From Felis catus (lineage: Eukaryota), in assembly GCF_018350175.1 (NCBI RefSeq), contig NC_058368.1, forward strand, positions 86,058,001 to 86,122,000: a stretch of 64,000 nucleotides of DNA. The letters are read 5' to 3'. Both the position numbers and the translations under genes were made by a program. This document shows positions 54,076 to 64,000 of the stretch, one piece after another; the first letter of the stretch is position 1, and each line of letters starts with the position of its first letter. The notes under the pieces are model-generated. The model did no database searches. It saw only the letters and a program-made list of their open reading frames with translations, and was not told the origin of the DNA.

Positions 54076-55657
54076 TTTATCTTTTTTTTTTCTGCCTTCC
54101 TGTCCCTTTCCTTTTCTACACATTTTAGAATAAAATCATATAATTATGCAAATGTAATTTGTTACTGTAAATAATATATGAGTAATATTCAAAATACTGG
54201 TATTAATCCTGCCTAGTTTATGTGGTGCATTTTCTAAGCTGAGCCTCGAAAACGAAACTCAGTTTGCTGCCCTGAGGGATGCTCTCTATCCACTGCTGCC
54301 AGAACCTACTGTCAGAATCTTTGGGATCCCATGGTCATGTTGCACCCATGCCCTTCATGACCATTGGTAGGGCTATTAAATACTTTTGGCCTTAATAAAT
54401 GCCTTTATGCTTACATGAGTGCATTGAAATAAATTTGAATATTACTTCCAATATAGAAAGTTTGTATTGAAATAGTGTTGTGAGGAAATTGGTACAATTG
54501 AGAAGACACGCACTTGCCAGACAGCAAGTTAGTTGAAAGAAGTTCACAATATTCCATTTCAATTCAAATGTAAACAGTGGAATATCAACACATTTTGTAG
54601 AGAATATTCATATTGATTTTAGTGAAAAAGGGGCTATTGAACAATAAGGTAAGTATACACACTTTGCCAAGCAATAAAAGGGATCCATTTTAAATTCTAA
54701 AACTGCATCCTAGTCCACTACCTCAGAAACATCATCTATTAAAAATACAAGTAAGCAATTAGTACATTAGAAAATTAATGCTTGCCATAACTGGAAAAGT
54801 AACCTATCGTATCTGTGAAGCTCTGTACTTAAAAATTAGTTTTAAAGAGATCAAACTGATATATTAAATTCAAATATTTAAAATATACAATTTGTAATTT
54901 TGGACATTCACTATTTTGTTTTCTTTCATAAAATAATCAATAAGGTGCAGCCACCATAGGGTATACAGGAGAGGGTCAGGAAAACAAAGCTTGTCTTTCT
55001 CACATGTCCTAGATAAAGTCCCATTCCATGAAAAGGGTTACATTGAGAAAAACAGAGAAAGTGCCTGGGGAGGGGGGTCAGCTAAGCAGTTTGGGAGCCT
55101 AGACAGTGGAAAGCTCATTGGCAAGTATCGTTATTGGAATCAAGGTGGGATCCATAAATAAAAGGCACAAATGAATTTCTGCATTTGAATATCAAAAGGC
55201 CCTAGTCTGAGAAGGGCAAGACAGGGAATTTGTGGCAAAGGTCATCTTATCACAGTGGTGCCTGTGGTCACCTAGGAAAAGTGCTCCCAAATCTGTTGGC
55301 ATGTTGAGGTATCAGGAAATGGTAACATGTGAAAATTTACAATACAAATGCAAACCACTGTGTAACAATCACCACAATCAAGTTAATCAATATATCTAGA
55401 ATTTTCCTCCTGCTATGCTGTTATTTTAAATGTGTATGTGTGTGTATGTGTGTGTGTGTATGTGTGTGTGAATAACACTTGAGTTATCCCTCTTAACAAA
55501 TTTCTAAGTGCACATAGTACAATATTGTCAAGTATACATCCTATATTGTAGCAGATCTTTACTACTTATAGATCTTGCCAAATGTGAATTTCTCTTTAAT
55601 TGCAAAAAAGGAGAAGTGGGATGCAGTTTTGTTAGGGGAGTAGGTAAAATGTTCTTC

Positions 55658-56101
55658 TGTTAAGCATGTTGCAGGTTCATTGAGCATGGCACTCAAGAAA
55701 GAAATTTTAGACATTTTACATTGAAGCTTATTTAAGTTCATTTATGTAGCATGGGGACAGGACCCATGGGCAGAAAGCTGCACTTTTTCTGTATGAAGCT
55801 GGTGTTTATATGCTTAGTGCTCAAAGGGGAAAGGGTCTACACTGAGTATAAGTATTTTGAGTATAAGTACACTGAGTCATAAGTATTTTCTTCAAATTTC
55901 TACTCACAAAATTACTTTTGCAAGATTTCTCTGGTGAATATCATTCAGCTCCATATTAACTTTCATGAGATGCACAGGCAGTCATGATTCTCTTTAAGAA
56001 TGTAGCAACCAACACATATTTGATCCTTATTGCAACTATGCAGGCCATAGCTAAGCTCTCTTGGTTAAAGGTGAACATTTTTCTGCTTCTAGCTGTCATC
56101 A
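55658..56101 (-). mobile_element. 3' LTR of the class I ERV
   Basis: Minus strand: purine tract AGAGGGAAA then TGATGA..., ATATAAAC TATA-like box, ends CTTAACA; lies directly downstream of env. Confidence 0.65.
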
Positions 56102-56299
56102 TTTCCCTCTGACCAATTTTCATTGCTTAAATCATTAAGGTTTTTGAAGGACAAAGAGCTCATCATCTGTAACTTCTTCAACCTGCAACCTGACAAGGAT
56201 TGTAGAGATGTCACTACATATGGACTAAAATTGGTCACTATCTGTTCTCCAAGTAATCATTACAGAAGGCTATTGCTTTAGTGTCTAGAGTGGCCCTCA

Positions 56300-57415
56300 G
56301 GGTGAATTTGTTTCAAGTAGAGGACCATTTGATGGGTAAAGGATACAGGAACAGGTTGTGTGTATCTCAATAATAGGAGACAACAAAGTGAAAAATACAA
56401 CATCTCAAGATTATAACTGTAATAAAACTAAAAATTATGATAAGAAGATGTTTTAGTGTGGGCCAACCAGGTAGATCCAACCAGGATCTTAGCCAGTCTT
56501 GATTACCCCAAATGTAGGGTTTTAAGAGCACTAATTTGGTTATTTATATCAGTAAGTAATCCTGTTATAGGTTTGTTAAAATGTGTAATGTAGATGCAAC
56601 ATTCCACTTTAATAATGACATATGTTCGTGGTTATGCTGCTGTTAAATTATCTAGTGCCATTTTATTGTGTAGAATTTGTTTATGCTTTTGAGTTACTTC
56701 AGCGTTTAATGATGTAAAGCTATTTTGTGTTATTTAAGGCCATAATCGTGTATTTATCAAGGGCATCCATGTGCTATATGACATCTAAAACTACTGATGG
56801 AAGAAAAATAAATGCTAGATGGTAATACCAAAGAAATATGTATCTTGTGCATTATTGTTTTAGATATGGAAGATTAGTTGGACTTGTGATAGTTAATGCT
56901 ACAACCAGGTATCCATGCTTAACCTATAGTCCATCTCCTAATCCAGCCTTCTGGAAGCTATGGCTACTAATTTTGCCCAAATAGCAACTGTGTTCTGTTA
57001 AGTGCCAGCCATGTGATATTTGGTTGCCTTGTCCAGTCAGTGGCAAACCAATTGGTTGCTGGCAAAATAATGGTATGGTCCCAGGCTTCTGGGGGGGAGC
57101 CATTGCTTTGGTGAGTACCATAGGGTCATGAATCAAGTGTATGTTCTTTCTGTTCCCAGCATAAAAGGACCACTTGGCTTAGTTGTTTTATTGTGGGAGT
57201 AAGCCTCATATATCCATCCCATATCTTATATATTCCTTCCTGAGTGTATTGATAGGAAAGACTACATAGATGTGGAAAGTGTGGTAATGAGTCTATCTGT
57301 TGGTTGGCATATTCAGTTAAAATTTTGATAATTCAAGAATAAGAGAAAGGCCTCCTATGACATGGAGTGGTTCATCTAATTTTTAGCATAATACAGCAAG
57401 AAACATTATTATTTT
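56300..57415 (-). pseudogene. env: Decayed ERV env (SU/TM remnant)
   Basis: Manual translation ~56590-56715: SLNAEVTQKHKQILHNKMALDNLTAA*PRTYVIIKVECCIYI, a degenerate immunosuppressive domain plus CX6CC motif of gamma-type TM. Confidence 0.85.
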
Positions 57416-60400
57416 AGGGTGCCTGGATGGCTTCAGTTGGTTAAGCATCCAACCCTTAATTTCAGCTCAGGTCATGATCTCACAGTTCATGGGATTAAGC
57501 CCCACATCAGGCTCTGTGTTAACAGTGCAGTACCTTCTTGGGATTCTCTCCCACCCTTTCTCTGCCTCTCTCCTGCTCACATATTCTCAAAAATAAATAA
57601 TAAAAAAAGAAACTCTATTATTTTTATTAATAGAAATTTCCCTATATGTTCTGGGACTGGGGTGACTTTCTGTTGGGTTTGGTTAAACATGGCCACTGTA
57701 TGCTTGGCTAAAGCATCTACTTGAAATCTTGGTTCAATAGAGGTGGCTCCAAGGATAAATATGACTAAGGGATTAAACTATGAAGAAAGCTTCTTTGCTT
57801 GATGTCTAGACCTAACCATATTATACTTGAAATGAATCACTGGCAAGTGGGCTATGATTTGCTCTGTGAGATAAGGGTATCGCCAAGTTCTTTCTCCAAT
57901 CAAATTTTAAGGATTTTATCTCCACAAGTTCATAGCTAACCCCATAGAGTGGGATGTGTTCTGACTTTTAAAGAGCAATTTTGTTATCTCAGCCACATGG
58001 AATTGGTCAAGTTGACAGCTAATTTACACAGTTGTTGGGGAGTTTATTTTACTGTCTAGATGTTAAATAATCATATGTCCATGGAACACCTGTTATTAGC
58101 CCCACAGAGTAACAAATTAGAAGAGAGCCTATATGCAAACTCTTATGGCATTTTCTCTGTTTTACCTCAAGTTGTTTAGTTTAGGCAAGTAACAAACACT
58201 TAAAGATAATTAATGAAAACTAGAATCTAGCATCCAAAAGGAAATGTTATTAAAACATGTATTTTCTCTCTACATTCACCTTTATTTCCAGAGATAGCCA
58301 AACCAGGGCTAATTTGCTTGTAGATTAATTCCAGTTTTGACAAAATTGGGTTAATTATTTACATAAGCTCACCAAGAATAGTTATTGACCATATACAGCC
58401 TTTAAAATCTTGCTGGATTTTAATCTTTCTGGAACTTTTTATGAGGAATCTCTAGACTGAACTTTTAATAGCCTCTCTAGGCCAGAGCCAAGCCAATATT
58501 TGTCATCACACTTGCCTACAATACCTGTATATTTTGGTGTATTCCTATTCTTGAGGTCTCCTGGAAATATATATCATCCAATCTATCCTGGATATATATT
58601 TCATCCAATATATGCAAGAAACTTGATGTCCCTGGAAGTGATGTTCTCTGCTCACCCGGTAAGACTGCTGGGAACTCTTAAACAAGATATCAGGCCAATA
58701 TTCTCAAGGGGAGTTATTGGCTTCAAAACATCAACCTTAATTCCTTAAAGCTGTCTGGTCATATATGTGTCTATGCATGTCTCTTTAAAATATTACACTT
58801 CAGATAAAGTCTTGGTAATATAACCAGTGTTCCAGTGGTGTCCTGATATGAGGAGACCAGATTTTCATGAAACTTATTCAAATAATTATAAATTCCATGG
58901 AAGAAAGAACACTCGCTAAGAGTTTCTGAATTCTGGAGGATTCAGTTAGGGGAAAATGTTAAATGCTTCCATTTATTCACCAAGGATTATTCTATCATTT
59001 TTCTCAATTCAATCAGTTCTGTGTTTTTAATTTTTGTTCATTTTAAGTGCAGCTTGCTCATTAGTTCTGGAACTCTTACCTGGGTCAGTTTTATGATTTT
59101 AAAGATACCAAAAACTTGTATTTGTAAAAAATCTTTTCTATGAATCTCCTTGAAGATGAAACATATTTTGAAATAACACTCAAATAATAATTATAAATGA
59201 CAAAATAAAACCCCTCAGAAATGCACATGGTTAAAAATCTTGTATGAAAATTTGTTATAATGCAATTGACAAGGACATCTGGTTATTTCTGTGACATACA
59301 AAATTTCAATAATACAAGCAATGACTTTCTATGAGGACATAGAAACTTCAGGAATTTCATATATTTCCTAGAATAATTATAGATTTATCCATAAAATACA
59401 ATCTAAAGATTATCATTATTGGTTTGAAAATGTTGTCCAAGTAACTTCAAATACCAAATAAACAAATGTAATTTGAAAAAAAAAAGAAAAAAAGAAAACT
59501 TCCTGTATAATTAAATCTTGTAAAGCTTGTTAAAACCCTCAGAAAGTTTTAAGCACATTCCTAAAAAGTGTTATAGATCATTACAAATCTAATATTTATA
59601 TTTAACCAAGGTGACAATAATGGACCCTATTAGGAAATCATATATCAGTTAGCAATACTATACTATTGCAACATTGGAAAGTCTTAAGGTTCTTTTTTTT
59701 TTTTTTTTCTTTTAATAGGTTCCACACCCACTGTGGGTGTTTGAACTCACAACCCTGAGTTCAAGAGTCCCATGTTCTATCTACCCACCCAGGCAGGCAC
59801 TTTCTTAAGTAATCAAAGACCTGATAAAGACAAAACATAGAAGCTTTGGTTTTCAGGGCAGATAAAGAAAAACACTGGTATTCTGGGTAGACAAAAGAGA
59901 AAAGCCCCTTTCTTTATTTTCTTATCATGAGCAGACCAGCAATCTAAATTTAAAAAAAAAGTCTTTTTAAAAATGAGGAGAAACATTTTCAAACTTATAC
60001 CAGTGTGCCTTAAATTCCATTTATTTCAAACTTAACCACATATAAAATTATTTTCCAAAGATTCTCCTTCACAAACGTCCTACAGCTTTCTTTTTCATTC
60101 AGAATTTGTCTTAAGCCTGTTTTCTCTAAGCAACCGGTCTCATTTTAGGATAAAATTACATTCTTTTTCCCTCAACAATATTTGTCCTCATTCCTTATGC
60201 CTTTCTTATTAAAAACTCATCTTTTCTTACATACATAGTTTCTTTCCTTATTTCCATCAGTCATCATTACATTTAGCAGAATTTTATTTTTAGAAGCTTA
60301 GTGTACAGTTAAAGTTAAATAGGAAACAATTGTGAACTGTTGCTCCAGAATTTTTAAGATAGGAAATTCATATTTACCTTGTATAATTCTAAAAATGTTT

Positions 60401-60867
60401 TCCATAGTATTCTTTCAATAAAGCATACCACATGTTTACCAACAGGCCCAAATATCTTCAGTTTCTCTGCAAGAAAAAACCCAAAACACAAACCTATGTT
60501 CAGTAATCAATGCTTTTCTACATTATTTGGACAAGACTTACATATCCAGCGAATTCAATCCAATTTTATCATTTAATTTAGCAAAAATTCAAATTTTAAG
60601 TGACCAAAGATTTTGAAAGCTATGCAAACTTTTATGTGTAAGCCTTTTAATTTATTTCAGTTTTTTAAATTATCCATGAAAAGTTTAAGAGAGATGAAAC
60701 AAGCATCTTTTTAAGTTATTATTATTATTATTATTTTTTTTTTTTTGCTGACAAATTACAACAGAAATCACATGAGTTTATTTCACACTTACTAAACCTT
60801 GGTAGAATAAAAGTTATATATTTAATGCTGATAACTCTAATTTTTTAATGTTTTTATTTATTTTTGA

Positions 60868-60916
<49 letters not shown>

Positions 60917-62091
60917 CATGATTGGGAGAGGAACAGAGAGAGAGGGAGACAGAGAATCCAAAGCAGGCTCCAGGCTCTGAGCTGTCAGCACAGAGCCCAA
61001 TGCGGGGCTTGAACCCATGAACTGTGAAATCATGAGATGAAGTCAGACACTTAACCAACTGAGCCACCCAGGCACCCCTAATGCTGATAACTGTAAAGAC
61101 AAGTCTTCCTTAGTTAAACTAACAAACTTATATGAGTTTAAATACAGAATATGTTGTGCCTAGGTCGACTTCAGAGACAATCCACTTGTCTCCACTGTGC
61201 ATGTTGACCTGAGGAGTCTTTGGGGAGAGGAAGTGGGCAGTTTAAGTCCAAGAGAACCCTTGGGCCCTTTCATGATGACTGGGGACATATCCAGTTTGAA
61301 CTTGATAAGAAGGTGTTGCAACAGTTTGGGGTGCTCTTTGCTCCTCGATAGCAAGGGTAGAAGGAGCAAGAGCCAATGGTACTGGATGCATGGAGACTGG
61401 TCCAGGAGAGTTATGCACACTGCACCCACTGTGGTGCAGAAATGGGAGGAGGAGCAGGTGGAGGCAGAAGAGGTGAGGCACTACCAGCAATCTGGGGGAG
61501 GATAAAACCCAGAGTGCAAAGAGGACTTCTAGTCCTAAAGCTCATCAGCTCATACAGGAACATACATGTATTTCTTTCCTCCAACAAAAGTGAAAAAAGG
61601 CAGCCCATGTCAAGATAGAGAAGTCAGGGCAGACACACATTTATTTTCTCCAACAAAAAGTGAAAATAGGCAGTCCATGTTGAGCTGTAGAGATCAGGGA
61701 CCCTCCCTGAAACAAAAGGAATTTTGGCAGCTGCTTGGGAATACTCCTTAAATTCCCTGTCCAGAGGTAGCTGAACCAGATAATTGGCTGCAATTAGCAT
61801 AGCCATTAATCTAGTAGATAAATGAAGGAGAAAAGTCCACTGACAACAAGACTCAGGAAATATTCCTCCAGGACTCTCAAAATCTATTCCTGATCCCACA
61901 TAACAGAAGAAGAAACAAGAAGGAAGCTAGTGAGTTAGGAAAAACACAGCAGGCATGTATAGGATCTTGTTAGCAAAGTGTTTATAAGAGAGACAAGGTG
62001 GGGGTGCATAGAAAACATGACAGAACACAAGTGATGTGGTGAATTAACAGAAGTAGAAGAACTGATGCAAATGGGTAAGAAGAAGTTGTCT

Positions 62092-62395
62092 TTAGGCCCC
62101 GTAAAGGAGTATAGACAGATCATCCTTGTGGCACAGGGCCATAAAGATCTGACCAAATGTGATTTTGTTCCATTTTCCCTGAAACCTACAAAGAAGGTCT
62201 AATTTATAAATAGTATTGAATTTGAAGGTCCCATTAATGGACCAATTTTCATCATTCTTCAGAGAATGTTGAGGCCAGGCACTATTACTGAAGAAGATGA
62301 GATGCTTCCTTAAATCCTGTTGTCCAAGGTCACCTCAATGTGTTAGGAGACAGCCTGAATGGGGAATCCTTTGGGAGTGAGGAAGTTGATCACAT
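62092..62395 (-). pseudogene. gag: Decayed ERV gag matrix N-terminus
   Basis: Manual translation: M*STSSLPKDSP/GCLLTH*GDLGQQDLRKHLIFFSNSAWPQHSLKNDENWSINGTFKFNTIYKLDLLCRFQGKWNKITFGQIFMAL, matching the class I Gag MA pattern LIFFCNxAWPQY...WPxNGT...LDLFC...GKW. Confidence 0.85.
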
Positions 62396-62799
62396 GGTTG
62401 ATTCATAGAAAACAAGGAGATCATATTAACAATCTAGGAGTCTGTTACCAAAATCCCCCTCAGCTCTGAATGGCACCACATCAGGAATATTGGTGAAGGT
62501 TCCTGGTATCAGAGTGGTGGGAGGCATCCTTCTTTGGTGACCACTCTGATACTTTTGTACTACCTGAAAAGGGATGTTCAAATTTTCACTGCCCTATTGT
62601 ATCCTAGGCTACAACAGGTGTTGGTGAATGGACTGAAATCCCACAGAGTGTGGTTTCTTTCCATTTTGAAGGAGTCAATATATTTGGCAACTAGTAATAG
62701 CCTCAAGGTCTAGTATTAATGGATAAGGCATAGGTTGTTAAGAAGGGGCAGCTATTTGATATCATATTAAGCATCATATACCTAGGGTAGAAGTACTTT

Positions 62800-63590
62800 C
62801 AATCTCTTGATTTTAGCTCAGGTCATGATCTAACTGAGATTGAGCTTCACATTGTGCTTTCCCTGATAGTGTTGAGCCTGCTTGGGATTCTCTCTCTTAA
62901 TGTTTCTCTCCGCCCGTCCCCTGCTCATGCTCTCTCTCAAAATTAATAAATAAACTTAAACATAATAATAATAATGACAATAATAATAATAAACACCAAA
63001 CCATACTGCAATGACATTGTAAGAAATCTGCTAATGAAATTTATCATGGAACAGTCAGTAAGGTTTCAAGAGAGAAAGAAACCTAGCCCACTTTTCCAGC
63101 CAAGCTGGTTCAGTCCATTACTTGCATATTTCAAAATATATTATAAAAAACTGATACTTAAGAATAATAATATGAAAGTAAATTTTGTTTTAAATTCATT
63201 TATTTATTAGTGTGTTTATCTGTACAACTTTCCTTACATTAATGACATGTGAGCAGTTAGAACTTGGAGCCATGCATGCCTAGGTTAAACATACACAGTG
63301 ACAGAGTGAAAGTGGTGCTATCATGTTTGATGTTTACATTTCAGAATGATAGCCCTCCATCCTTAAGAAAGATATATTCAATGGGTGACTTAGGTGGCTC
63401 AGTTAAGCGTCTGACTCTTAATTTCGGTTCAAGTCATGATCTCACGATTTATGATTTCAAGCCTGACATGGAGAACCACCATCAGTCTCTGTGCTGACAG
63501 CATGGAGCCTGCTTTGGAGTCTCTATCTCTTTTCTCCATGACCCTTCCTGCTCTCTCTCTCAAAAATAAATAAATAAACATTTAAAAAAA
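62800..63590 (+). mobile_element. Two CAN-SINEs (62800-62960, 5'-truncated; 63382-63590)
   Basis: SINE bodies and tails. Confidence 0.88.
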
Positions 63591-64000
63591 TATATTTGAA
63601 TTTCAATATTGGAACAAAAGATTATGTAGCCTTTTAAAATATATAAGCCAGGTAAAATTTATTGTTTTAAGATTGGTTTTAACCAATGGTTACTCTTTAT
63701 GCCTATACTCAGAGAGAGCTTACAGTAAAATTCTAGAAAATTTATGTTGTAGACAGGCTCTCATACTTATGTTCTAAACTGGGTAAATATTATGAATAGA
63801 ATTACGTTCTTTCTTAACAAAACCATTTAAGTTTTAATAGTTTCACCTTATATTTCTTTATAGGTTATATTATATAATACATGGTGTAAAGCAAGGAAAC
63901 ATTTGGGTATTACTATTAGAATACTTAGATCATATAATCTAACAAAGAATAAGTATTTAGGGGCAATTTAACATTTACTGAATCCATTATTCATTGACTC

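Larger units (their letters stand above)
56102..62750 (-). mobile_element. Class I ERV internal region (gag remnant, long AT-rich non-coding middle, env remnant; MER4-group-like layout) with SINEs at 57416-57607 (+), ~59690-59802 (-) and 60840-61078 (-)
   Basis: gag and env motifs collinear on the minus strand with a 3' LTR; no pol ORF or 5' LTR recognised. Confidence 0.75.

Noticed and set aside
54935..55330. Possible additional old LTR or unique element
   Set aside because: Has an AATAAA and LTR-like composition, but no TSD or family motif that I can recognise
56300..57415. Syncytin-like co-opted env
   Set aside because: Stops (including one at the end of the immunosuppressive domain), frameshifts, loss of the first Cys of CX6CC and a SINE insertion
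42697..62960. SINE head (42697-42730) and a headless SINE (62800-62960) as two halves of one SINE split by a 20 kb insertion
   Set aside because: The pieces are roughly complementary and on the same strand, but the sequence before the head (AAGATTCCTTTT) is not repeated after the tail, so no TSD links them; truncated SINEs are common

Overview
Carnivore genomic DNA, almost certainly felid (about 30 tRNA-derived CAN-SINEs of the SINEC_Fc type plus carnivore L1), from an olfactory receptor (OR) family-2 cluster. The only intact gene is an OR2L-like receptor (2701-3633, minus). A decayed family-2 OR pseudogene (~14620-15292, minus) is only partly visible in the ORF track. Most of the rest is repeat: an ~18.5 kb L1 nest (16.3-34.8 kb) in which two younger L1s lie in tandem inside one target-site duplication (TSD) in an older L1, a ~1 kb almost pure-AT array, a 745 bp solo LTR with a 6 bp TSD, and a decayed class I ERV with gag and env remnants. 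The most notable structure is a hidden, degenerate inverted duplication: 42.7-45.5 kb is the reverse complement of 53.0-54.1 kb plus 60.8-62.05 kb. Each arm holds the empty site of an insertion found in the other, the left arm has a ~6.7 kb deletion, and both share a ~500 bp apparently non-repeat core that looks better conserved than its flanks and is promoter/enhancer-like. I see no evidence for a novel protein-coding system; the other ORFs in the track look repeat-derived or spurious. Identities are by-eye estimates, family names come from recalled consensus sequences rather than searches, and most repeat boundaries are approximate.
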